From Promethearchaeota archaeon (GTDB lineage: Archaea > Asgardarchaeota > Lokiarchaeia > Sigyniarchaeales > SOKP01), in assembly GCA_019057865.1 (NCBI GenBank), contig JAHLWP010000007.1, positions 32,001 to 96,000 on the forward strand: a stretch of DNA of 64,000 nt. The letters are read 5' to 3'. The notes beneath the pieces were generated by a model, which saw only the letters and a program-made list of their open reading frames with translations, made no database searches and had not been told where the DNA came from. Each line of letters opens with the position of its first letter. Position 1 is the stretch's first letter. Positions 29,141-39,178 of this stretch are shown here, piece by piece. A program made the position numbers and the translations under genes.

Positions 29141-29335
29141 ATGAGTTCTAATTCAGAAAAAGATGAGCTTCTTTTTAACTTCCTAAACGATTTTTTACAG
29201 AAAGAATGTAAATTAGGAAAGATTACAGCGACTAAAATCGCCACCCAATTTACAGATTTGGAAAATTTTGTAAAGTTTAGATTCAATTCATTTAAAAAAT
29301 TTCGGTCTGCTGATGGCAGTAAATTAATTTTATAA
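29141..29335 (+). pseudogene. Probable truncated N-terminal gene fragment
   Basis: 64-aa ORF ending abruptly at an A-run next to the GC-richer flavodoxin gene. Confidence 0.4.
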
Positions 29336-29415
29336 AAAAAATGCTATAGCCTATTTAGAGTAAAATATGGTAATTTGCCTTCATTCACCATGATTTTTAT
29401 CAGGGAAGAGTAACA

Positions 29416-30204
29416 TTATTTGGTATCAAATTTTTTATCAAAGCCTCTTGAAGATAAGCTGAGCATACGCTTAGCAACAAAAGTCTTCAGTGGGTTCACC
29501 TTTGTTTCATAAAAGAAATATTCCTTGTCCTTATAGAAATTATAATCCGCAGGAAAATGATGTTTGTTCCTTTCCGATGTGGTTTTAAACGCTTGAAACC
29601 ACAAGACATTCCAAAACGTGGGTGGAAGCGGTTTGTCAGACTTGAGCGCTCTATAGAATTTACGGGACGCTTTTTGAATATCTCGAGTAATCCTTTCTTC
29701 ATATTTGGGCTTGTATTTAAATGGAGGTGTTTTTACGGCCAGTTTAGACACCAGATAACCACCTCCCATGGTATTAGAAAGGGCTTTAAGTGTTGGTTTA
29801 ATTCCAACTTCACCAGCTGTTACTAGCAACATGAGCTTTTGGTTGACGTATGTTGGACGGTGAAGTGTGTAAGCAAATCTATCCATAAAGTTTTTCATCA
29901 ACCATGTCACATTCATAGAGTAAACAGGTGAAACAAGAATAATGCCGTTAGAAGCAAGAATTCGATTCTCGATATCGGCCCGAGAATCCTTCAAGGGACA
30001 TTTTTCCTCGCCACGAGGAATACAAGCAAAACATCCCCTACACATTTCTAGATTGGCATCCTTCAGGAAGAGGTAATCGAATTCTAAATCCACTTTTCCC
30101 TTTTTATCACTATTGGCAAAAGATTTTAGGTGATTTTCTACCTGTTGAGTAATTCTGTAACTATTTCCTTTTTTCGGGCTACCGATTATGGCAAGAACTT
30201 TCAT
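29416..30204 (-). CDS. Iron-sulfur flavoprotein / NADPH-dependent FMN reductase family
   Basis: GSPKKGNS, CRGCFAC...CP, SPVY and MKNFMDR motifs. Confidence 0.88.
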   Translation of the reverse strand: MKVLAIIGSPKKGNSYRITQQVENHLKSFANSDKKGKVDLEFDYLFLKDANLEMCRGCFACIPRGEEKCPLKDSRADIENRILASNGIILVSPVYSMNVTWLMKNFMDRFAYTLHRPTYVNQKLMLLVTAGEVGIKPTLKALSNTMGGGYLVSKLAVKTPPFKYKPKYEERITRDIQKASRKFYRALKSDKPLPPTFWNVLWFQAFKTTSERNKHHFPADYNFYKDKEYFFYETKVNPLKTFVAKRMLSLSSRGFDKKFDTK

Positions 30205-30576
30205 TATCTACTCTCCTTTTTCATTTATTTTATTGTTTTAATTATACATTATATATATTTTATATAATATGAATTCATTTTGTCTTCAATAATTTGTCAA
30301 TCCAACAATCAAAATATCTAACATTTATGAACATATGAGGGATAATATTCTTAAAACCTTCAGTTTGTAGTTCTTCTAATCTTATCAAAATTATATATCA
30401 TAATTATTTGATTAAAAGATGACTACTTGTTTAACTATTTATATGTAAATGAAAAATATTTTTTTTCAGGTCAGTACCTGACAGGAGTTCAAATGAATTT
30501 TCCAGAATATTAGTTCTTTTTTATTTTTTCTCCTTTAATTTTATAAGTGTTTATTTCAAGGCAATAATGTTTTGTT

Positions 30577-31077
30577 TTAACTATTTCTTTTTTTCTTTAA
30601 AATCTTTTCCAATTCAATTTCATCTCGTATTTCTATATCATTTAATCCTCTTAATGCAATCTCTGGTTTTAATTTTCTTGATTCTTTTATAGCATCAGTA
30701 TAAATTGCTTTTATTCTAAAACCTTTCATTTGGTAGAACCGTAATGCATTTGTGTTATCATTCGTTGTAATAACCCATAAACGTTTACACCCTTTTGAAG
30801 TTGCGAAATTTTCAAGTTCTTCGAATAGAGCTGTTCCAATTCCTAAATTTTCCTTTAAGCTGTTTAAAGTAATAATTTCACATTCATCCTTAGAGATACT
30901 AAATGTTATTAATCCTACCTTTTCATTATCTTGTATGGCTACATATCCAGGTAACTTATCAATATGATGTACTTTTCCTCGAGTTACAACCTTGATTGAA
31001 GCCCACTCACTAATAATTAATCTTTTTAACCACTCTTTATCATTATCATCCAAGGAACGTATTTTAATATCTCCCAT
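30577..31077 (-). CDS. GNAT N-acetyltransferase
   Basis: LGIGTAL and TTNDNTNALRFYQMKGF motifs. Confidence 0.9.
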   Translation of the reverse strand: MGDIKIRSLDDNDKEWLKRLIISEWASIKVVTRGKVHHIDKLPGYVAIQDNEKVGLITFSISKDECEIITLNSLKENLGIGTALFEELENFATSKGCKRLWVITTNDNTNALRFYQMKGFRIKAIYTDAIKESRKLKPEIALRGLNDIEIRDEIELEKILKKKRNS

Positions 31078-31141
31078 CTTCTTTCATATAATGAATTCTT
31101 AATAAAATATCATAGGTAATTATGGATAATAAATCATAATA

Positions 31142-31702
31142 TCATTTAAGGCAAATTAATCCAAATCTATATAAAAATTTTACAGGGGGCCACTCTAAAT
31201 TAAAATTCAATTTTCTAACAGATTTAGTTACATCAATCCCTACAGCTTCCATTGAATATCTTATTTTATTAGGATAACGACAAGGTTTACCACTATCATA
31301 AATACATCCTAATTCTTTGTCATTATAACATAACCGACAAAAGCCATCCCATAAAATAAGTCTATCTTCAAATTTTTCAGAATAATCTTTAATAAATCCC
31401 AAAATTTCATTCTCTAATTCATTTCGCAATAAATTTTTCATATATAGAGCATTCCTTATGCTATTTTCACTCTTTTTTGGGTGTCTAATTTGAATTTTCT
31501 TTACATATTTCTCTACATCAAATTTTACATATATAAGGAAGAATTTGCGGAACTGAGAAACTAATTCTTCTAAATAAGGAGCTTCAGGAGGACATGCCCA
31601 TGAATGAGCATAGTTAGGACATTGGAAATCAGAGTTGATACAATAAGAACGCACTTTTGGATTAAAAACTATATCTCCAAATTCTATCTCTACAAAGGGC
31701 AT
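31142..31702 (-). CDS. DUF2284 metal-binding protein
   Basis: CPNY..SWACPP, CRLC and CRYP...RYSMEAVGIDV motifs. Confidence 0.88.
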   Translation of the reverse strand: MPFVEIEFGDIVFNPKVRSYCINSDFQCPNYAHSWACPPEAPYLEELVSQFRKFFLIYVKFDVEKYVKKIQIRHPKKSENSIRNALYMKNLLRNELENEILGFIKDYSEKFEDRLILWDGFCRLCYNDKELGCIYDSGKPCRYPNKIRYSMEAVGIDVTKSVRKLNFNLEWPPVKFLYRFGLICLK

Positions 31703-31892
31703 TGCATTATCTCAAATTAGTGTATGAGTAATTATTGCATATTTAAAAGGTCGCATTTTAATAAATTTGCTTGAAAAACTCCAGTAATGAAATCTATCGC
31801 GTTATTCATAATTTTTAAAAAACTTTTATGTAATTAAATCTTAATGATTAGTATTATATATCCTTGGAGAAAAAAAATAATTAATTCTTGAT

Positions 31893-32549
31893 GTGAAAAG
31901 AATGAAATTTAAAAAAGATAAAAGAAGTGAATTACTAAATGCTGCAAAAGATTTTCACACCGAAGTTTTGAAAGGTTCGGACTTGCTTTATGAATGCATT
32001 AACGATCTTATTGATGGAAAGCTAAATAAGAACAAATTAGAAGAAGTAATACAATGTGAACATATAGCGGACCAGGCAAAAGAAAATTATATTAATATCC
32101 TTTATAAGGATAAGCGAGCTCTCCCATTTTTAGTTGAAGATCGTTATAGAATGATTAAATATCTTGATATTGTCTCGGATAACTCAGAAGAGCTTGCTCG
32201 TGGTTTAAAAGTTTATCCTTATGAACTCTTTGATGATATAAAATTGGATATGAAAACAATTAACGATTTATATCAAGAAACAATTGAATCATTAGTGGAA
32301 ATGGTCAACCTAATGGAGATGGATTTTAAAACTGCTTATCAGAAAAGCTTCCATATTGAAACTCTAAAAAGAAGTGCTCGCGAGGCAAAATACAAAATAT
32401 TAGGTTTGATTTATCAAAAACCACAAGAAAAATCTCTACGAGTATATCTAACGTCAAAAATAAGCATAAAAATATTTGATATGATTGTAAGAGCTGAGGA
32501 AATTAGTGATTATCTAAGAAGTTTGATTGTAAAATATCCTAGCAAATAA
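31893..32549 (+). CDS. DUF47/PhoU-like phosphate transport regulator
   Basis: EHIAD..K, PFLVEDR and LDIVSD motifs; directly upstream of a PiT transporter. Confidence 0.85.
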   Translation: MKRMKFKKDKRSELLNAAKDFHTEVLKGSDLLYECINDLIDGKLNKNKLEEVIQCEHIADQAKENYINILYKDKRALPFLVEDRYRMIKYLDIVSDNSEELARGLKVYPYELFDDIKLDMKTINDLYQETIESLVEMVNLMEMDFKTAYQKSFHIETLKRSAREAKYKILGLIYQKPQEKSLRVYLTSKISIKIFDMIVRAEEISDYLRSLIVKYPSK

Positions 32550-32570
32550 TATAATTGAAAGGGGATCCAA

Positions 32571-33527
32571 ATGGCTTTGTTAGGTATTCTAGTAGTTTTT
32601 TTAGTAATAGTAATCATAATTTCATTTGGAATAGGTGGGAATGACGAGACTTTTGCTGGAATATATGGTTCAAGAATTCTAAACATGAAACAAATTATGA
32701 TCTTGGCTACAATATTCGCAATAACAGGAGCTCTTTTACTGGGTGAAGCTGTAAGTAAAACTGTGGGTAAAGGCATTTTGGTTAATCTTGATGATGCTAT
32801 CGTCATAACAATTTTAATTTCTACTGCTATTTGGTTGATTTTATCATCTGCTTTGCGCTTACCGATTTCAACTACTCATGCAACCATCGGGGCTGTTATA
32901 GGTCTTGGCATAGCGCTTAATGCAAGTCTTAATTGGATGAAAATTATTGAGTTAAGCATTTGGTGGGTATTATCTCCGATTATTGGCTATGTTGTTTCAT
33001 TTATAGTTTTTAAGCTTATGCGTGCTTATAAAATTAAACACTTGAATGGATTTCAGAGTCTAGAAAAAACCGAAAAAAGTTTCACATATATAGTTCTAAT
33101 AATTATCTGTATCACCGCATTCTCAAGAGCAGGAAATGATTGTTCAAATGCGGTAGGTATTGTAGTTGGTATAGGAGATATACAAGTTAATCTTCTTCTT
33201 TTGATAACAGGTTTAAGTTTAGCGGGAGGATTGTTAGTTTTGGGACGAGGTGTTATTAAAAATGTCGGAAGTATAACAGAGTTATATCCAAGTACTGCTT
33301 TTGCCTCACAAATTCCTACAGCAGCAATATTGTTTCTTGGTACCGCACTAGGAATTCCTTTATCAGGATCTCATATGTTAGTGGCTTCTCTAGTTGGATT
33401 ATCTAAGGCAAGTCATACTCCTGCTAAGAAAGGATTATGGAAAATAGTATTGATATGGTTAGTAACCTTTCCAGCAGCTGCAATACTTTCTATAATTATA
33501 TATATTCCAGTGAATTCATTTTTCTAA
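32571..33527 (+). CDS. PiT family inorganic phosphate transporter
   Basis: GGND, LPISTTHA, AGND and GIPLSGSH motifs. Confidence 0.9.
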   Translation: MALLGILVVFLVIVIIISFGIGGNDETFAGIYGSRILNMKQIMILATIFAITGALLLGEAVSKTVGKGILVNLDDAIVITILISTAIWLILSSALRLPISTTHATIGAVIGLGIALNASLNWMKIIELSIWWVLSPIIGYVVSFIVFKLMRAYKIKHLNGFQSLEKTEKSFTYIVLIIICITAFSRAGNDCSNAVGIVVGIGDIQVNLLLLITGLSLAGGLLVLGRGVIKNVGSITELYPSTAFASQIPTAAILFLGTALGIPLSGSHMLVASLVGLSKASHTPAKKGLWKIVLIWLVTFPAAAILSIIIYIPVNSFF

Positions 33528-33664
33528 TATTAATCTCTTACTTTTTATTTGATTTAAGTCCAAGTCTTTCTTTTTCTTTTTATTTAATGACTTAAATATT
33601 TACAAAAAAAAGGAAATTGTTATTAAAGTTTATATTTGAAGTTATTCAATGTATATTTACAATA

Positions 33665-34132
33665 ATGGCGTCAGATAAAATTGAAATTATAGATTTTTCT
33701 GGTGAAAAATTCTCTCTCATCTCTATACCTTGTTCAGTTAGTTTGCCATTTACTTGTTTGCTTATAATTTTAAATTTTATTTTTATGGTTGCTTTCCCCG
33801 GTTCTTCTATTACAATTGTTTTAAGCTTAGTTTTAATTCTTATAATGGTATTGTTTTTTATCAGTTGGGTAAATAATCCTGCTAAATTGAGAAAATTTTC
33901 TATTTCTGAAGATATTATTGAAATTGTATTACCTCATGTTTCTCGATTTCATAAATATTGGTCTGAATTTGACAAGATTGAAGTAAGGTTAAAATTTCTT
34001 GAAATTAAACCATATAGAGCATATGAATTATATTTTATAAGAGATAATTCTGAAGATTGCTTTATTATTAGCTTATTAGATTTCCATAAAGAAAAAATAA
34101 AAGAAATTTTGGTACTTTTAAAGGAATATTAG
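33665..34132 (+). CDS. Two-TM membrane protein with soluble beta-rich C-terminus; possibly cut short by an in-frame TAG
   Basis: Likely ATG at 33665. The frame stays open after TAG 34130-34132 until TAA at 34211-34213. Confidence 0.6.
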   Translation: MASDKIEIIDFSGEKFSLISIPCSVSLPFTCLLIILNFIFMVAFPGSSITIVLSLVLILIMVLFFISWVNNPAKLRKFSISEDIIEIVLPHVSRFHKYWSEFDKIEVRLKFLEIKPYRAYELYFIRDNSEDCFIISLLDFHKEKIKEILVLLKEY

Positions 34133-34263
34133 CGTAGGAAGAATAAATCTTTTAGTGCAGTAAAGGAAAGAATGATTTCAGGAATTGTTGAGATTGAAGA
34201 TTTAAATATTTAAAATTCAGAGTACGAGATAGAATAAATTTATATTGCTTATAATTTTAAAAA

Positions 34264-35541
34264 CTAATCGATTTTTGCACCACATATAGGACAATTTTTT
34301 GGATTATAAAGTTGGAGTGTCGCACCACAAATTTTACATAGTTTTACTGTTCCTCTTTTCTTTGGAGGATTTAATTTTGTAATAGAAATTTGTTCTTCAA
34401 GTTCAACCGAAGGTGTTACTGATTCTTTTATCTTATTATTGTTATTAACCTTTACTTCTATCTCCCTACCAAAAAACCCTCCTACTCGCACTTTTTTCGT
34501 CATTTCTGGTCGTGGAATAGAAGGAGGTTTTAAAGTTTTTAACTCTATTTCCTCTACTTCTCCATATAGTTCTTGCTCCAATTCTTCATCTACAGGTTGC
34601 TCAATTATAGGTACTTCTCCCAATTTTTCTTCTAGTTCTTCTTCATATATCATATTGACATACTCTTCGTCTAATTTTAATAATGTTTCGCATTGAGGGC
34701 ATCTAAAAAGATGAATAAATCCAATATTTTTAGCAAGTGAATATTTTGCCGCACAACAACTATGAAATTTAGTATTACAGTTAAAACATTTATGTATCTC
34801 ATCAGAATGAGCTTCACAAATTGGACAAACTTCTTGTTCACAGATTGTACAAATTTCTTCATCATCAGGAGAGAGGGTGATTAAATCTACTGCCAATTTT
34901 TCATAAAAAATCTGATCTTCTGCTAAAATTTGATCTTCTTCATCAGTGTGAATTATTTTAAATTCTTTTTTGCTTTGAACTAATGATCCAAGAATATTGT
35001 GGAAGAGTTTTTCATTAGTGCAATAAAAGGTCCCACCATGGGTTTCACTTGAAATTACTTTCAGTTTGACATCATCATCGTAGAATTTCTTGTCTCCAAC
35101 TCGAATAATATCAATAAAAGCTGAAAATCTTTTTGCTTTAATCAACAAATCATAAAGAGCTAAATGATACTCCTCAGATAATGTACTAGGAGTATCTGAA
35201 ATAATAATAACACGATAATCTTTTCTAGCTTTTTGACTTCTTCTAAAAATGTATGCAAGAATTTCATATAATCCATTTTCTAAATAGCTATGTTCGACAT
35301 CGCGAGTATCCCACGCGTCATTTATAGTATTTAAAACTGTTTCTGTTTCCTTTAAATCATAAGCAGTAATAGGATTATCATCTTTTTGAAAAAATACTAT
35401 ACCATAAGAGCTTAAAACGTTAAATTTATTCTTTTCTTTAATAAATGCTCCTATGGCTTTTAGTAGTGGCTTTTTCTTTAGAAAATTCGTCGTTAAATCT
35501 ATGTAAAATATGAATTCCTCAGAATTTATGGTTGTTAACAT
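34264..35541 (-). CDS. vWA domain + C4HC3 RING/PHD-like finger + C-terminal zinc ribbon protein
   Basis: FYIDLT, RVIIISDTP, IDIIRVG and SSETHGGTFY (vWA); CPIC..CFNC..FHSCC..CPQC; CKIC..CPIC. Confidence 0.7.
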   Translation of the reverse strand: MLTTINSEEFIFYIDLTTNFLKKKPLLKAIGAFIKEKNKFNVLSSYGIVFFQKDDNPITAYDLKETETVLNTINDAWDTRDVEHSYLENGLYEILAYIFRRSQKARKDYRVIIISDTPSTLSEEYHLALYDLLIKAKRFSAFIDIIRVGDKKFYDDDVKLKVISSETHGGTFYCTNEKLFHNILGSLVQSKKEFKIIHTDEEDQILAEDQIFYEKLAVDLITLSPDDEEICTICEQEVCPICEAHSDEIHKCFNCNTKFHSCCAAKYSLAKNIGFIHLFRCPQCETLLKLDEEYVNMIYEEELEEKLGEVPIIEQPVDEELEQELYGEVEEIELKTLKPPSIPRPEMTKKVRVGGFFGREIEVKVNNNNKIKESVTPSVELEEQISITKLNPPKKRGTVKLCKICGATLQLYNPKNCPICGAKID

Positions 35542-35691
35542 TTTATCATCAAAGCAATTCTAATTTAAACGCATATTAAAAAGTTATACAAGAATAATAA
35601 TTGAAATTGTATTTATTTTTATTTATATTATTAAAATCTATATTTTTATATTTAACAAAAGTATTATTAATAAGAATTTAATAATTTCAAC

Positions 35692-37011
35692 TTATAATTT
35701 AGTTCCACAATTCGGACATTTGAATTGTTCATTCGATGTTATCTGTGTTCCACATTCCGGACAAATCCTAAAACGGGGTTCCTTTTTCTTATCATTTATT
35801 GGTTCTTTAGATTCACTGATTTCTGTTTTTAAAGCAGGTTCTAAAGAAGTTTTAATAGTTTTTTCATATACTATTTTATCTCCAACTTTCTTCACTGTAT
35901 AAACCCTTCCAAAATATCCACCGATCCGAACTTTTCTAGGTTTTTCTTCAGATACTTGGTCTTTTAATGGATACAATTTTTCCTCTTCTGTTTTTTCTAA
36001 TTCAAATGAAGGTTCTTTCATCTCTTCGATCTCAAAAATTTTCTCTGATTCGCCTATTTGTAGATAATCTTTTACAGATTTTACTTTAGGGTCGCTAATA
36101 GAAGCCTCGACAATTAAATCTTGATCAATTTGAAGTAAAATGTCGCAATTTGGACAACGAAAAATATGTGGGATACCGATATTGTTATGAATTGTATAAT
36201 TAGTAACACAACACTGATGAAAGCTAGTGTTGCATGAATCACATAATAACGGAATATCACTAAGTTCTCCACAGATTGGACAAATTTCTTCACGACAGAA
36301 ATGACATTTTAAACCTGTTGCATTAACAGATTCTTTTAGTTTCCGAGCTAATTTATTATAAAAAGTAAAATCTTCTTTACTAATTTTTATGTGATCTGGT
36401 CGATCTGCAAAAGTGCTTACTAGTTGTTTAGTTTTTACTAACTTTTTTATAACATCAGAAAACTCTTTTTTATCTTGTACATAAAAGATTCCTCCCTTAG
36501 TATCACTTGCTAATACATTTAATTTTACATCATCACTAAAAAACCTAGTTCCCTTCTCAGAGATTCTTATTATATCTATAAAAGTGGGAAAATATTTTAT
36601 TTTTGCTACTAAATTAAATAGTGCTTCTTGATATTCACTACCAAGATCACTAGGAGTATCTGTAATAATAATTACTCGGTTATATTTTGATTTTTTCCTT
36701 ACTGTTTCAGCTATATAAGAGAAAATATAAAATAAACCATTTTCAAAAAAACTTGTCTTTTTGGGTCTAAACTTCCAATTTTCTTCAATAGCATTAGTAA
36801 TTATACTAGCTTCTTTTTTATCAGTTATGAAAATAGGATTTCCTCTTTCTTGAAAAATAAGAAGAGAATAATGACCCTTTATATTTGCTTTATTCTTTTC
36901 CTCAATATAATATTTAATAGATTTTATAAGTTCTTTTTTTCTCAACATTTCCTTAGTTAAATCTAAGTAAAAATAAACATCTTCTGTCGTTATTCTCACA
37001 TCACAATCCAA
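35692..37011 (-). CDS. vWA domain + C4HC3 RING/PHD-like finger + C-terminal zinc ribbon protein (paralog)
   Basis: FYLDLT, RVIIITDTP and LASDTKGGIFY; CPIC..CDSC..FHQCC..CPNC; CPEC..CPNC. Confidence 0.7.
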   Translation of the reverse strand: MDCDVRITTEDVYFYLDLTKEMLRKKELIKSIKYYIEEKNKANIKGHYSLLIFQERGNPIFITDKKEASIITNAIEENWKFRPKKTSFFENGLFYIFSYIAETVRKKSKYNRVIIITDTPSDLGSEYQEALFNLVAKIKYFPTFIDIIRISEKGTRFFSDDVKLNVLASDTKGGIFYVQDKKEFSDVIKKLVKTKQLVSTFADRPDHIKISKEDFTFYNKLARKLKESVNATGLKCHFCREEICPICGELSDIPLLCDSCNTSFHQCCVTNYTIHNNIGIPHIFRCPNCDILLQIDQDLIVEASISDPKVKSVKDYLQIGESEKIFEIEEMKEPSFELEKTEEEKLYPLKDQVSEEKPRKVRIGGYFGRVYTVKKVGDKIVYEKTIKTSLEPALKTEISESKEPINDKKKEPRFRICPECGTQITSNEQFKCPNCGTKL

Positions 37012-37172
37012 ACTTCAGTTAAACTTCACTTAATAATTAATAATCATAAAGATAAAACTTCTTTAAAAACTTTTTATAAAAGATAAATAATTAAAAAAAT
37101 AGTTATTAATAAAAAATCATATGGTTTATAAATTTATTAGTAGATCCCAAAAAAAATGTGTGATATTTCAAT

Positions 37173-39173
37173 ATGGATGAATTTTTAAAACAAATAGGGC
37201 TTTCAGATAATGCTATAAAAATATATATTAAATCATTAGGAAGAACCTCTCTTACGTATTATGAACTCTACTCAATAGTTCCAAAAATATCTGAAGAGGA
37301 ATTTAAAAATTGTATTAATGAACTTATAGATTCCGGCTTAATAATTCAATTGATCCCTCAAAAACCGGAAATCCTTTTAGAACATCTAACTATTCCTCCT
37401 TTTGGACCAATAATTACTTATTACGAAAACATTGATGCGAATTTAACAAACATTAAAAATTCAATTCAGGAATTAATAGCTAATTCGTTAAAACAAATTT
37501 TTAAGAGTAATAGAATAGTTGATATGGATTCGGTTTTCACCGTTTTTCAAGAAATTAAGAAGGATATTGAAGAAGATACTATTATTCAAAAAAGAGAAAT
37601 TGAAGATATTTTTGAGGGTATGGAGGATCTGAATAAGCTTAAAAAAGAGCTTTCTGAAATTCATCAACAGATTAAAAGTATTACACAAACACAATTTTCA
37701 GATCTATTAAAATTAATTTCAAATCTTAAAGATGATTTAACTAAAAAAATTAATTCATTAGAATTTAAGAAATATAAGAAAGAAATTATAGAGATAATTG
37801 AAGAATTATTTAAAACAAGATTAGATGAGATGGTAGGAAATTTTACTAATAAATTACATAATCAAATAGAAGATGAGTTTAGTAATACAAATAAATCTAC
37901 TGATAATATTAGGGAGTCTGTTTTTCAATATCGTGAAGATTTTAAAATGCTACTCTTAAACATGTTAAATAATTTTGAAACAAAAATGAATACTATTTTC
38001 GGTATGATTAAAGATAATAAAGAAAATCTTGTAAATGAAATTCAAACCCTTGAAAGCAAAATCACAGAGAATTTAAATGCTATAGTTAGAAATTCCATAA
38101 ATGAAGTCTCAAAATTAAATAAACCTATTGAAAGTGTAATGAAAAATAGTTTTGAGATGTTGATTTCTTCTGATAAGGCATTGATTAATGATATTTGGAT
38201 GATAAGGAGTATAACTAATGTTAATGAAGAGATTCAAAAGTTAATAAATAACACAAATAAAACTCTCTTTCTTATTATTCCTAATCTTGAAAATCACCTA
38301 GCAATTGAACATTTTGGAAAACAATCTGGAAATTTGAAAATAAAGATCGCCTCTTCAGAAGCACACACTAATAGTCTTGTTAAGAAATTAAAAAACGTAA
38401 AAAATTTAGAGTATAAAACTCTGCAAAATGAAAATATAATTGCTTTGAAAGGGGATGATAAACATATCGTTATAGGTTTAATCCAAGATAATCAAAAAGA
38501 ACCTCTAGAAGATTTTGTTGGATTTGGGAGTAATTTTAAACCTTTAATAAAAATATTCGAACCTATTATAGATACAACATGGGCAGCAGCCTATTCAGAT
38601 ACTTATTTTGCTGCTCAACAAACAAAAATTCAAACAACAGCCCCCAAGAAAGTTGCTGCAATAAAACCTACAGTAATTAAGGAAGTAAAACCTATAACTC
38701 CTACAAAAACGAAGCCCATTAAAACTAATGAAGTATCCACTAAAAAAAAACTAGAAAAAGAAATTCCGAAACAGATTAAAGAACCTATTAAAATTCAAGA
38801 GAAATCTACTCCAAAACCTCTAAAAGTCACTACTGAAAACTCAACACCTAAGGAGAAAATAACAGATTTAACTCAAAAACTAAAGAGAAATTTAACTATA
38901 CTCCCGAAAGCTGGTGATGAAGCAGGTATGTTTATCAATGATGTTTTTAATAGTCTTATTTTGCAATTGAATAATTTAAAGGGAGAAGACTTTAGTATAG
39001 AATTGCAAAAAATAGCGGACTTAATTCTAGAGAAAAAAGGTTTCTCAGTTATTTTACACCAATTAAGAAGTACAATAAATGAATATAAAACACATTATAA
39101 ATTGTTAAATAAGAATGAAAAAAATCAAATAGTCGATTTTATTAATAATTGGAAGCAGAAATTATTTCAATAA
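37173..39173 (+). CDS. TrmB-like N-terminal HTH, long coiled coil, PLD-like domain, low-complexity linker and helical C-terminal domain
   Basis: LKQIGLSDNAIKIY..ELIDSGLI matches a TrmB-type HTH; the IWMIRS..LFLIIP..IALKGD region resembles the TrmB effector domain. Confidence 0.55.
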   Translation: MDEFLKQIGLSDNAIKIYIKSLGRTSLTYYELYSIVPKISEEEFKNCINELIDSGLIIQLIPQKPEILLEHLTIPPFGPIITYYENIDANLTNIKNSIQELIANSLKQIFKSNRIVDMDSVFTVFQEIKKDIEEDTIIQKREIEDIFEGMEDLNKLKKELSEIHQQIKSITQTQFSDLLKLISNLKDDLTKKINSLEFKKYKKEIIEIIEELFKTRLDEMVGNFTNKLHNQIEDEFSNTNKSTDNIRESVFQYREDFKMLLLNMLNNFETKMNTIFGMIKDNKENLVNEIQTLESKITENLNAIVRNSINEVSKLNKPIESVMKNSFEMLISSDKALINDIWMIRSITNVNEEIQKLINNTNKTLFLIIPNLENHLAIEHFGKQSGNLKIKIASSEAHTNSLVKKLKNVKNLEYKTLQNENIIALKGDDKHIVIGLIQDNQKEPLEDFVGFGSNFKPLIKIFEPIIDTTWAAAYSDTYFAAQQTKIQTTAPKKVAAIKPTVIKEVKPITPTKTKPIKTNEVSTKKKLEKEIPKQIKEPIKIQEKSTPKPLKVTTENSTPKEKITDLTQKLKRNLTILPKAGDEAGMFINDVFNSLILQLNNLKGEDFSIELQKIADLILEKKGFSVILHQLRSTINEYKTHYKLLNKNEKNQIVDFINNWKQKLFQ

Positions 39174-39178
39174 TTTTA

